Shown here: positions 1-12,867 of the stretch, in pieces
How positions within the stretch are numbered: the first letter of the stretch is position 1
How the letters are laid out: each line of letters opens with the position of its first letter
From: Eledone cirrhosa
Lineage: Eukaryota
Length of the DNA: 64,000 nt
Direction: 5' to 3'
Assembly: GCA_964016885.1 (NCBI GenBank)
Contig: OZ024745.1
Span: 81,220,001 to 81,284,000, forward strand
Position numbers and translations under genes: made by a program
Notes under the pieces: model-generated
Databases searched by the model: none
What the model saw: only the letters and a program-made list of their open reading frames with translations
What the model was told of the DNA's origin: nothing

Positions 1-19
1 GTAATGATAATAATAATAA

Positions 20-480
20 TGGTTTCCGATTTAGGCACAAGGCCAGCAATTTTGGGGGAGGGGAAGTCAATTAAATCGACCCCCAGTGGTACTTTATTTT
101 ATCAACCCTGTAAGGATGAAAGGCAAAGCTAAACCTTGGTGGGATTTGAACTCAGAACGTAAAGGGACATAACTATGCTGCAAAGCATGGTGTCTGACAC
201 TATGCCATGTGGTGTCTGACACTCTACTGCTACTGCCAATCCACTGCCCTAATAATAATAATATTCGTTTCTACTTTAGGCACAAGGCCAACAATTTGTG
301 GAGAGAGGAAATTTCATTACATCGACCCCAGTACGTGGCTGGTACTTTATTTTATCAATCCTGAAAGGATGAAAGGCAAAGCAAACCTTGGTACGATTTG
401 AACTCAGGACATAAAGCTCCGGAATAAATGATGCAAAGCATTTTCTCTGATGATCTAATGATTCTGCTAATCCCCCACCC
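20..480 (-). mobile_element. two tandem Nin/Deu-domain tRNA-derived SINE copies (family B)
   Basis: Reverse complement of GTTCAAATCC B-box plus Nin-like core TTTGCCTTTCATCCTT..GGGTTGATAAAATAAAGTACC and tail GGCCTTGTGCC..AAAC(ATT)n, present twice (~20-250, ~262-480). Confidence 0.8.
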
Positions 481-838
481 TCAGTAGTAGTAGTAATAAT
501 AATAATAATAATAATTTCTATAATAATAACAATAATACTCATTTGTAAATTGGTGGGTTGTTTTTTAAGGATGAAAATATAATAAATGTTCTGGAAAAAG
601 GTTATAAAGACCCTAATTCAGTCACCACCCATTTATTAATAAGTGAGTGAAAAAAAATTGATATATATATACACAGATGCTAATAGAATTGAACATTCAG
701 AACAACATAATACAAAACCACTTTTTTTCCCTGCCTTTCTCTCCCTTTCATTCGCTCCAATTTACTCGAGCAAACATGAACACGAATCATAATTTTGTAT
801 CTCTGCATATGTACATGACAATATTTATAATTCTTAGG

Positions 839-2160
839 TTAACAATATGACTTGGTTGTCACAAACGCAGATTGATAAGCAAACATTTCTCGATCCCGAA
901 GACCTACATAAACAGAAACCATATAACTAGTCCCTGGAGTTAATTTGTCAATAGTTTCTGTTAATACTTTTTGTTTATTTGCTACTTTACAAGACAGTTT
1001 TGCAGATTTTTTTCTAACTACAACTGCAACACACTGTGGTTGTATCTTCCTATTGGCTTTGATTTCGGGAATTACATTAGGTAGTTTACTTATGTATATG
1101 CAATAGCGCTGATTCTTTTCTGTAGCATTCCAAGAAATTCTCACTTGGTTGCAGAGAGTATAGTTGTTTAAAACTGTTACTTTTGCATGATGTGAAAGCC
1201 TAGGGACATCAACATGTGAAGAGCTATCTTGCAATAATAATGTAAGGGATTGTTGCAGTCCATGAGTTTTTTTGTCTCGAGATACACGAATCTGGTAATT
1301 TCCAGCCTCAAGATCTTTTAAGACAAGTTTTCTAAAAAATGTTACGCTACTGCGTACAATTTTTGTTTTTTGCTTATTTTTAGTAATGCGTATTTTCATG
1401 ACATCCCCACAGGATTGCAAAAATAGATTTAATGCTTTAACATTTCGTGAAAGACTAAAATATAATTTTGGTATTTTTTTTCGTTTGATTACTAGTGTTT
1501 GCACTTTACCTTCTTTCACTACAAAACGTTTTTTCTTGTTTCGCTTAAGTTTGACCTGTACACTGGCATAAGTGATTGACATATTAGAAGTGGAGTTAAT
1601 AGCAAACACATTGACAAAGTACTTTCTTCCAGGTTTGCCTTTTTTAAATGTATAAGAAAGTTTACTTCCAATACATTCATATAAAATATGCCCTTTTGGG
1701 GCTGCACGAATAGGCTTTGTTGATTTTCTTAAAAGCCTTTTGTTCTTGTCTTCTTTAAATCCAAAACCTGTATAAGGTGGAAGAGTGGGTTTTGCATCAC
1801 CATAAAGATGTGCTAAAACCCCGCAATGGGTATAAAAAGGTCTTTTGCGACTGAAAGATACACAGTACTCAATTTTACTAGTTGTTGATGAACTTGGTTC
1901 CCACATAACACTGACATTTCTTGCTGATTTCATGGTTATATTAAGATGATTATCTGCTGGCGGCAAAGGAAAGATGTTGTCAATATCAGGAGTAGTTGTG
2001 ACATAGACTCTAGCATAAGTTTCTGTAGTTATTGCTTCTAATTCAACTATGTAAAGACCTTTACGTCCTTCATCCTCTTCATAGGTATTGCTAGCATCTC
2101 CCGAAAAGTTTTGGAGAACAAGAGACTGTGTTAATGGTGTGCTGGCAGACTCAAACTTTG
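839..2160 (-). CDS. NDNF: NDNF-like protein, last large coding exon (FN3-like domains, Cys-rich C-terminus)
   Basis: Acceptor ttttttttaattccag|CA AAG (phase 1), then open frame to TAA at 839-841. NDNF-like motifs: GLYIVELEA, VYVTTTPD...FPLPP, YCVSFS, C..V.ISW, YCIY, LTPGTSYMVSVYV, terminal TKSYC. Spliced CDS = 215+107+1322 = 1644 nt (547 aa). Confidence 0.9.
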
Positions 2161-2289
2161 CTGGAATTAAAAAAAACCCAAAAAAAACAACAACATTATT
2201 TTGATTATCAACTTCGGGCAAATAATTCTCCTAAATAGACAAAAATATTATTTTTGATAAACCATAATCATAAGTTTTCTTTCTTGTAC

Positions 2290-2618
2290 CCATAACTACT
2301 GGTTGAGTCATGGGTGCTGTTGTGACATACAGCATTTTCTGGGGCATTTTTTAAGCCTTGGCAGAGCCCATCTTTTCTCCAGGTCTGTACACAACTGATT
2401 TCTTCCACAGAAGGAGATAGAGTGAGAGAGAGGAAATGAGAAGGAGATAGAGAAGAATCAACCTCAGTACTGGGCTGCTACTTTTTTTTTATCGACCATG
2501 AAAGGACGAAAAGCAAAGTTGACCTCAGTGGGATTTGAAGTCAGAGTGCAGAGAGCCGGGACAAACACCACACAGCATTCTATCCGATGTTCTAACAACT
2601 CTGCCAATTTGTCACCTA
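2290..2618 (-). mobile_element. Nin-domain SINE with alternative 3' tail
   Basis: Minus strand has ...ttcaaatcccactgaggtcaactttgcttttcgtcctttc..gtcgataaaa. The tail resembles 14730-15015 (+). Confidence 0.7.
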
Positions 2619-2637
2619 TAACCATAAGTTTTATAAA

Positions 2638-2680
<43 letters not shown>

Positions 2681-2756
2681 CGAAGGAAATGTGGTAAGGA
2701 ACCAGGTGGACCATAATGCACCAAAGTACTCAATACTTAGGGTAGTAGAGTGGGTA

Positions 2757-2882
2757 ATAGGAACAAGTAGGACCCCAACGGCTGAGCTCAAGCCGTTTCG
2801 ACGGCTAATTCTGGACTAAAGTCTAATTTAGTCCAGAATTAGCCATCGAAACGGCTTGAGCTCAGTCGGGGTCCTACTCGTT

Positions 2883-2887
<5 letters not shown>
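2757..2887. repeat. fold-back inverted repeat (~62-bp arms, 6-nt loop) in an element flanked by (TA)n
   Basis: 2757-2820 is the near-perfect reverse complement of 2827-2887; loop gtctaa. Confidence 0.9.
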
Positions 2888-2963
<76 letters not shown>

Positions 2964-3629
2964 ATAATCACAAAAGAACCTTTTTCAAAACAGAAATCTA
3001 GTATTAGTAACATATAATGTAATAACTGTCATGTATATCCAAGGCAGTATTTAAATATTTGAAAATAGTAATATATGAAACAAAAGCCAGTATCAGCTCA
3101 GTGATTTAAATAAATTTCAGATAACTTATTTTTTTTTATCAAATCAAATTGTGTATTTGACCAAGTACACTAAGGTTAGCATAATCCAATGAGGGAGCCT
3201 CTCAGTAATTTACTCAACCTGCTAGAAATAGCAGCCAAATCTCCTCAAATCACACCTACCGTCTTAAAAAAGGAAGGACATTGGAAAATGTAGTTCTAGA
3301 TATACAAAAAGACGAGATGCTCACGGCTGGGGTGCCTTTGATCATAAGTCTGCTGAATCAGGGCTGACCTAGGGATAAACAACACCGAGGTTAGCTGTAT
3401 CATAGCTCTGGTAACTGTTTCCAAAAACATTACCAAACATTGAACAACTGCAAAATTCATAGTCATTTTCCTAAATAGTGACTCCACTCATTTTAGTATA
3501 ACAGCTCAAGTCATATTTTCCGTCCTAGTTTCTAATTATGGATGGAATTTTAATTTATGTTGCATTTAAATCTAATTTACAAAATCAAAGCGATGTATTC
3601 ATGAATGTATCTAATTATTAACATTATAA

Positions 3630-3825
3630 GGGCGGTAGATTGGCAGTATCGGTAGAGAGTCACACACTATGCTTTGCAGCATATAGTTATGACCTTTTAC
3701 AATTTGATTTCAAATCCTGCCGAGGTTAACTTTGCCTTTCATCCTTATGGGGTCGATAAAGTAAAGCACCAATAATGCACTGGGATAATTGCTGGAATTG
3801 TGCCAAAAGTACAAACAATTATTAT
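3630..3825 (+). mobile_element. Nin-domain SINE (family B)
   Basis: ggcggtagattggcagtatcggtagag head, ttcaaatcc, aactttgcctttcatccttatggggtcgataaa, tail gtgccaaaagtacaaacaattatt. Confidence 0.85.
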
Positions 3826-4529
3826 CATTATTTGCCTTCTAAATTACCGTATATATTCGAAAATAAATTGCAGTTTTTTTCCCTAAAAAAAAAAAAGCTT
3901 TGTGCAAAAAGCTGCACGTAACTTATCAACCAAATTATTCTCTGGACTTGAAATATTAAATATAAAGTCGGAATATTATAAATATAAAGGGGTTGTATAT
4001 ACAAGTATGTATGATATACAAGTATATATGATAAATTATAATGTGCTGTTTAGCTCCAGGTTTGTCAAAATATTGGAAACTTATGATCAAAGGACTTCCA
4101 GTTATACCTATACTATCTGTTTTCAGGTACAGTGTTTTGGGGATTACATTATCCAATATGTCATTCCTTTTGGAAAGATGGTAGGGTGTAAATTGAAGCA
4201 AGTCATGTGACTGCATGGAGGCTTCAGTGAAGAGAAAAGAATGTAGAGAAGACTGACAAAGAATGTAAAGACAGTAGAATCAGATAAGTATAATTGGAAA
4301 TCGTTTGCAATTCTTTCAGAATGAAAATATAAACAGAGCATATAAATAAATTTACAGTAGAATAACATAACAAATATATACATAAATAACATTACAAATA
4401 CTTAGATAACATTATAAATTGCTCGCGATTCATTCAGGAGGATATATTCTTTTAATGTTACAATATTAAAGAAAATATAAAGGAAGGGGTGAACAACCGA
4501 GCCAACACCAGAGCAAAAGACATCAATGT

Positions 4530-4950
4530 CGCGAGAAGTACTGGGCAACCTCGCAGCATTGCCTCGGGTGATGGTGAGGCTAATGCGCTGGAACAGCCAA
4601 GCGCCCTCGCGAGATTCACCAGTTACCTCTATTAGGCGAGCTGCCAGTGAAGAGAAGAATCTCGCAGTCAGAGGCCCGACTCCCCCAAACGTCTTGAAAG
4701 CCACAGGCTGAAAAATGTAGCTGGCCGACAGATCAGAGTATTTGAGGGTCTTACTCTGCTTGGCTGCGGAAGCTGTGGCTCTCGTCCTAACTGCAGCATC
4801 CAGGATGTGGGAAAGAGCAAAAGAGACTCTAACAGTGACGTCCCAGACAAGCACCTGCCTCTCGACCAGTGGCACAGGGTAAGGCCGTCACTTCTGGACA
4901 ACCCAGATGGTTCCAACACTGTGGGGATGTTCGCCTGGGCCAAAGCTCTC
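4530..4950 (-). mobile_element. 3' fragment of CRE-clade non-LTR retrotransposon (restriction-like endonuclease)
   Basis: Frameshifted ORFs give EPSGLSRSDG..., LVWDVTV, K..KYSDL...FQPVAF.TFG, LFQRISL.I.RGNAA, typical of the CRE C-terminus. Confidence 0.75.
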
Positions 4951-5068
4951 TATATCTAAAGGATGTAATAATGACATAATGTAGAATCTCATATCACCAC
5001 TCATATATACATACATATATGTGGGAAAATGGACATTAAACAGTGATATGATGATATATATAAGTATA

Positions 5069-5108
<40 letters not shown>

Positions 5109-5111
<3 letters not shown>

Positions 5112-5504
5112 CATCATCATCATCACAGTTTTACGTCCATTCTTCCACGTTAGCATGGGTTAGACTGGTTGTCCTGTTGTGGGCAGTGTCTGGTCGGCTG
5201 ACCTTGTCTTGCTTATATGGGAACTGATTCTGGCTTGATTTCTACAGCTGGATGCTCTTCCTAACACCAACCTCATTTACAGTGAGTGCTGGGTGCTTTT
5301 TTGCCGTGGCACCTCCATGATCACTTTGCAGTGGAATGATAGGGACCCCAGTCCCTATCATCTCATTTCTACAGCTGAGTAAAATGGAGCAATGTGAAAT
5401 AAAGTGTCTTGCTCAAGGAAACAACACATCACCCGGTCTGAGAATTGAACTCACAACCTTTCAATTGCAAGGCCAATGCTCTAATCACTAAGCCATGTGC
5501 CTCC
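5109..5504 (-). mobile_element. tRNA-derived SINE family A (CORE-like body, RTE-derived tail)
   Basis: Head GGAGGCACATGGCTTAGTG.TTAGAGC with B-box GTGAGTTCAATTC, body CCTTGAGCAAGACACTTT, tail GGACGTAAAA..(TGA)n. Confidence 0.85.
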
Positions 5505-5513
5505 ATAAAATTA

Positions 5514-5630
5514 AACGTTTACGGCACCTAGGGTTCCCAAGCGGTCACCCATCTAAGTACTAACTAGGCTCGACGTTGCTTAACTTCGGTGATCGGACGA
5601 GAACCGGTGTTTTCAGCGTGATATGGTCGT
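5514..5630 (-). rRNA. 5S rRNA copy lacking its first ~4 nt (orphan/pseudogene)
   Basis: Minus strand reads ACGACCATATCACGCTGAAAACACCGGTTCTCGTCCGATCACCGAAGTTAAGCAACGTCGAGCCTAGTTAGTACTTAGATGGGTGACCGCTTGGGAACCCTAGGTGCCGTAAACG, a classic metazoan 5S sequence with box A and box C. Confidence 0.92.
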
Positions 5631-5659
5631 GTGTGTGTATATATATATGTGTGTGTGTG

Positions 5660-6147
5660 TCATCATCATCATCATCATCACCGTTTTACGTCCGTTCTTC
5701 CACGCTAGCATGGGTTAGACGGGTTGTCCTGTTGTGGGCAGTGTCTGGTCGGCTGACCATGCCTTGCTCATACAGGAACTGATCTGGCTTGATTTCTACA
5801 GCTGGATGCCCTTCCTAACACCAACCTCATTTACAGTGAGTGCTGGGTGCTTTTTCGTGGCGCCTACACGTCCACTTTACAGTGTGGGCTGGGTGCTTTT
5901 TTGCCGTGGCACCTCCACGACCACCTTGCGGTGGGGGGGGGGGGGCATATTGTTTATATGCTTCAGCATGTACCCATGGGAGGTCGGGTACCCTGTATTA
6001 CTGCGTGACGCCAGAAGTCACGGTCGTGTGTCATTGACTTTGAGAGGTGTAGTTGGGTAAGGTCGGCTTTTATCACCTCATCCCAAGTCATCTTGGGTCT
6101 CCCCACTCCGCGGTTTCCATCAACTTCTAGTGCTCTGCACCTTTTTA
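5660..6147 (-). mobile_element. 5'-truncated RTE 3' end with composite 3' tail
   Basis: [30 protein letters not shown]...DRDFWR, followed by the same tail as SINE A and (TGA)n. Confidence 0.85.
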
Positions 6148-6974
<827 letters not shown>

Positions 6975-6985
6975 TATATATATAG

Positions 6986-9900
6986 TCCTGAATAAAAGAA
7001 TTGCCACAATAATATCAGCTTGTGCACCCCAATCGGTGTTGCCAGACGAACTTAAGGATAGGTTTTACGAGTCCTTAATGCACACTACTGCCCTAACAAA
7101 TGACAATGACTTCCTAATCATTGCAGGGGACTTTAATGAGCACATTGGTAAACACCGTGACGGCTTCTATAGAGTCCATGGAGGCCATGGGTTTCTGCGA
7201 CGCCAATGACATGTCGATATGTAACACAAACTTCAAAAAACCCGACAACCATCTGATCACCTGTAGATTAGGGGAGCATTCTAGTCAGATAGATTTTATC
7301 CTCATCAGAGGATGTTATAGATGGACGGTTGTAAACACAAAAGCCTTCCCTGGTGAGGACTGTACCTCCCAACATAACTTAGTTGTCAGTGACCTCACTG
7401 TCAGAACTAGACAAACTTGGAAACAGAAGGCAACCTGGAGAAGAAAGATCTGGAAGATGAAAGACCCCTTAGCCAGTAACAGATTTACTCGACGCCTATG
7501 ACAGTAAAGAAGAACAGATAGAGACGTTTAATGTAGAAGAGCACTGGGAGTTCCTAAAAAATAACTTACTAAAGGCGACGGATGAGATTTGTGGTTGGAG
7601 CAAGACCACAGGGAGGAGGAGAGTGATATGGTGGGGGAACAATAAGGTAGATGAAGCAGTTAAGGCTAAGAGACAGGCATGGAAAGAATGGAAGAACGCG
7701 AGAAACAGGGTACATTACATAGAGACCAGGAGGGAAGCTAGACGACAAGTATACTTAGCTAGAAGGGAATTGTTCGTGTCGTTCCTTCGGAGTTCAAGCA
7801 GCAAGAGACCAAGCGGTCTTTACTATCCCATGGTCATGATTCGAGAGTCTGATTTCTCTAATTCACGCGGGGATACATTCTCTTCTGCTGGCGCTGATTG
7901 GCTGAGCTGAGCCAAATCATGCACAGAGAATGTATGTGAGCCCGTGGAATGTAGGTCACTACAAATTCAAGCATGTTTTGCAACGTGAGGACCAGAAACA
8001 GGAGGTGTTCAAGATTGCGAGGCAGTGTGTCAGAGAGAATTGTGACGTCATTGGAGAGAAGAGTATCTGGAATGATAAAGGTGAGCTTGCCCTCACAAGT
8101 GCTGAGAAGAAAGATGCGTGGAAGAGCCATTATGAAAGATTATTAAATGAGGAGAATGCATGGGAAAAAAAGATCCTATAGAGGGGCCAGCAGTACAAGT
8201 CAGCAGCAGCGTAGTAAGTAAGGCAATCAAAGATATGAAGACGAGGAAGGCAACCGGTCCATCGGGTATAGCTGCCGACATGCTGAAGGCATCTGGGTCG
8301 GTAGGTCACACCATAACTACACGTATTGTTAACCAGGTAATACTAGAGGGTGTCATACCAAAGGATTGGTTCAGCAGCATCATTGTCAACTGCTACAAGG
8401 GTAAAGGTGATGCACTAGATAGAGGAAACTATAGAGGTATAAAGCTGATGGACCAGGTCATGAAAGTAACGGGAAGAGTTATAGCACAGTTGATTAGGGA
8501 CCGGGTAAAACTAGATGAGATGCAATTTGGGTTTGTGTCAAGAAAAGGCACCACTAATGTCCTCTTCCTTGTGAAGCAGTTTCAGGAAAAGTACCTAGCT
8601 AAAAGTAAGCCACTCTACCTGGCATTTGTCGATCTGGAAAAAGCCTTCGACAGAGTCCCCCATGCTATAATCTGGTGGGCTCTTAGAAAACTAGGAGTAG
8701 GTGACTGGCTTGCGAAAGCTGTACAAGCCAAGTATAGGGAAGCAGTCAGCAAAGTTAGGGTTAGCAATGACTATAGCGAGGAATTTAGCATACAGGTCGG
8801 TGTCCATCAGGGCTCTGTTCTTAGCCCTCTCCTATTCATTATAGGCAATAACGGAGGAGTTTAAGACCGGATGCCCATGGGAACTCCTTTATGCAGATGA
8901 TCTCACACTTATAGTCGAATCTATGGTGGAACTAGAGAAGAAATTCCAAACCTGGAAGCAGGGACTAGAAAGAAAGGGTCTCAAAGTCAACCTGACAAAG
9001 ACTAAGGTCCTTGTAAGTAGACGAGAAAACAGAACCCAGATCCCCCCCAGGGAAATGGCCTTGCTCAGTATGTAGGTAGAAACTCCATCCTCTGCCTCAA
9101 ATGCAAACAATGGGTACACAAGAGATGTAGTGGGATCTCAGGAAGCTTAGTTAAGAATGTAGGCTTTACATGTAGCAGCTGCACCAGGACAGCAAGCATC
9201 AAATGGCCACAAGAAACAAGCACTACCAAACTGTGGGAGGGCTCTGTAGAAACAGTAGACAGCTTCTGCTACCTAGGCGATCGAATTAGCAGCGGAGTTG
9301 GGTGTTCGGAAAGTACAGTAACCAGGGTAAGAATGGGATGGAAGAAGTTCAGGGAGCTACTACCACTGCTAGCGGCAAATACTTTTCCCTCAAAATGAAA
9401 GGCAGACTGTATTATGCATGTATGCGAACAGCAATGTTACATGGTAGTGAGACCTGGGCACTATGTGTAGAAGTCTTGCATAGATTAGAAAGAAAAGAAG
9501 CTTGCATTCTCCGATGGCTGTATAATAGTAATATACATGAACAGCAAACCATAAATGAATTGAGAGAGAGACTGAGCACAAGAGGAATCAAATGCTGTGT
9601 GCAGGAGGTTGCGTTGGTATGGACATGTGATGTGTATGAAGGATGACAGTTGCATAAAAAGGTTCAGAGCACTAGAAGTCGATGGAAGCTGTGGAGTGGC
9701 GAGACCCAAGAAGACCTGGGATGAGGTTATAAAAGCTGACCTTTCCCAATTGCACCTCTCAAAGGCGATGACACAAGACCGTGACCTCTGGCGTTACACT
9801 GAAGACCCGACTTCCCACGGGTACAAGCTGAAGCTGAAGCATTTACACTATATGACCCCATCCCTTCCCACTGCAAAGTGGTCATGAGGTGTCAGGACAA

Positions 9901-10145
9901 AAAAGCACCCAGCCCACACTCTAAAGTAGTTGTGTAGGCGCCACAGTAAAAAAAGCACCCAGCACTCACATAAATGAGGTTGGTGTTAGGAAGGACATCC
10001 AGCTGTAGAAATCAAGCCAAAATCAGTTCCCGTATGAGCAAGACATGGTCACCCAACCTAGCACTGCCCACAACCGGACAACCCACCCAACCCATGCTAG
10101 CGTGGAAGAATGGCTGTAAAATGGTGATGATGATGATGATGATGA
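6986..10145 (+). mobile_element. degenerate RTE-clade LINE (APE + RT), 5'-truncated, with 3' tail
   Basis: Broken ORFs contain AGDFN, SQIDFIL, NYRGIKL, EMQFGF, FVDLEKAFDRVP, GVHQGSVLSP, LYADDL, RLRWYGHV, RPKKTWDEV; ends in (TGA)n. Confidence 0.92.
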
Positions 10146-10259
10146 TATATATATGTATGAACATGCATGTAAATCCCCTGACTATCACCAAGCAATCATG
10201 CAGTCCTCCTATCCCTCAGGCCCACGTCTATCCTAAGACACACATGCAACCTCTTTATC

Positions 10260-12680
10260 ATAAAATGTGGAACTTACGATTTGCTCCTAACAATGTTGGA
10301 ACAATGAAAGGTATGTGTGACGAGATTGTGGAGATGCTAGGAGACAAATAGATGTGTATTGTGTGCAATAAACAATAATTTGCACAATAGCATCATGGTA
10401 AATTGCTACAAGGACAAGGGAGATACACTAGAGAGAACTAACTACAACAGTATCAATTGATGGACCAGGTCACGGAAGTTGCTGAAAGGGTTATAGCACA
10501 ATTAGGGACAATCAAGCTAGATGAGATGCAGTTTGGATTTATGCCAGGTGGGGTACTATCGATGCCCCCTTTCTGGTGAGACAACCACAGGAGAGATACT
10601 TAGTTAAGAGTAAGCCGCTGTATCTAGCTTTTGTAGATTATGGTGAAAGCCTTTGACAGGGTTCCATACTCTGTAATCTGGTAGGTATTTAAGAAGCTAG
10701 GTGTAGATGAATGGCTTGTGAGGGCCATGCAGACCATGTATAAAAAAGCAACCAGCAAGGTGAAGGATGAAAATGAGTACAGTGATGAATATGAACTACA
10801 GGTGGGGATTCATCAGAGCTCAGTCCTCAGTCCACTCTTGTTTATCATTGTCATTCAAGCCATCACTGAGGAGTTTTAAAACTGGCACTCCATGGAAGCT
10901 CTAACATGCTGATCTCCTAGTCCCTGTAGTCAAATCTGTAGGAGAGTTAGAGACAAAATTTCAAGCATAGAAGAAGAACCTAGAGTTTAAAGACCTAAAA
11001 GTAAACTTAATAAAGATGAAAGTTTTATGTAGGAAAGAGGATATGAGGCTGATATCAGAGAAGTGGCCTGGTTTGATATGTCAGAAAGGGGTAGGTGCAC
11101 ACAGTGCAATCTATAGATGCACAAGAGATGTAGCGTGGTTGCAGGCAGATTAACAGAAGTGATAGACTTTGTATGTGGCAGATACACAGGAGAAGTGCTA
11201 AAAACACACGTGGAGTAGATTCCTTCAGTTGCCAGGGAGGCTCCTTAGAAGTTGTTGACAGCTTTTATTATTTAAGTGATCAAATTAGAAGTGGGAGAGG
11301 ATGCACTGAAAATGTGAGAACCAGAATCAGAATGGGCTGGAAAAAGTTTAGAGAGCTGATACCTCTGCTGACAAAAAAGGGCTTCTCTCTCAGAGTGAGA
11401 AGTAGACTGTATGATGCCTGCGTGTGAACTGCAATGCTACATGGCAGTGAAATATGGTTCTTTAGCACAGAAGACCTATGAAGGCTGGAAAGAAATGAAG
11501 TGAGTATGGATATGTAATGTTAGTGTGCATGAACAATTTAGTATAAGTGAACTGAGAGGAAAACTTAGCATAATAGGAATTGGATGTAATGTGCTAGAGA
11601 AAAGACTGTGTTGGTATGGTATGTGATGCATATGGAGGATAGCAGCTACATAAAGAAATGCAGAGCAATCTCAGTGGCTGGAACCTGTGGAAGAGGCAGA
11701 CCCAGGAAGACTTGGGACAAAGTAGTGAAGAGCGACCCTAAGAAACTAAGACTGACAATTGAGATGACAAAGGATCAAGAGGGTTAGTGGTATGTTGTGA
11801 TGCTGAAGACCTGGCTAGAAACACACAATATGACCTGACCCATCCATGTATCTCCACACTCTTCCACTAGCACTCCCACTCTTCACCACCAATCCACCCC
11901 TTCTACCCCCCAGTAACACTCCTTAGCTATTCCTCCCTCTAAAGTCCTTAGATATCCTCACTATTGCACACTAGTAGCTACTTTGTCTGCCTGTTGTGCA
12001 GGCCAACCACACTCCCCATTACCAATCTCTCCATTACTGCCCCATCGCCCCTGCACACTACCCCACCATGCACTACTATATCCCCTCTCCCCATACACTA
12101 ATCAATGACCCCTTCCCTTTACTCATTGCCTTGCCAAATCACCAAATGCACCTATAACTTCATATCTATCTCCCTCCCCTATAGCCCTCCTCATCAGAGT
12201 AGAGAGGGCTCTTCAGTTGGGCCTATGACCAACAACCTCTCTAGTGACAGTGCCACAAAAATGCACCAGGTACATTCTGTAAGGCTGGTTGATGACAGGA
12301 AGAACACCCCACTGTAGAAACCATGCCTGAACAGGTTGAGAATCTCCTTCAATTCTGTCAAAGATATAACTTTTCTAGTGTTGGTGATCTAAACAAGAAG
12401 CAGACCCAGTACACAATGTAAAGGGGTTGGTGATAGGAAGGGCATCCAATCATAGAAAGCTTGCCAAACAGAGGGTTGTGAGGACCCTTCAGTTCAGTCA
12501 AGGACATGACAACCTCTCTTGTGCACTCGATACCATATGAAAGTGAATTGCAAACCCCCCAGCTTATCTGGGATATCAGTAGCCCTGCTTCAGTACTGAC
12601 TTGGTCTATGTAGACCCATTCAAAAACTTGCTAGCAAGGAAAGCGGATGTTAAACAATGATGATAATGATGATAATGATA
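10260..12680 (+). mobile_element. older, heavily decayed RTE LINE with 3' tail
   Basis: Remnant motifs (LDEMQFGF, KAFDRVP, GWKKFRELIPLL, GRGRPRKTW) with many stops; ends ggatgttaaacaa(tga)n. Confidence 0.8.
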
Positions 12681-12760
12681 AATATATGATTTAAAGCTAT
12701 ATTAATGCTGAACAATGAGGCCAATTATGTTTTCATATGTGATATAAAATGTAAACTTAC

Positions 12761-12867
12761 AATTAGAAAGCAATCTTTTAAAAATAACCTTCCAATTGAT
12801 GTCTGATGCACAAGGCGTTACTGTTATGGATAATCTTGAATCAGCTGTTTCTTTCAAGAACACAAAT
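12761..12867 (-). CDS. NDNF: NDNF-like protein, second coding exon
   Basis: ttgtag|A TTT GTG...TCT AAT T|gtaagt, 107 nt, phase 2 in and phase 1 out, matching both neighbouring exons. FVFLKETADSRLSITVTPCASDINWKV resembles NDNF FFVVEEDNTPLSVTVTPCDAPLEWKL. Confidence 0.9.

Noticed and set aside
2161-2221. N-terminus of the 460-aa ORF as the protein start
   Set aside because: It is the polypyrimidine tract and acceptor of the intron.
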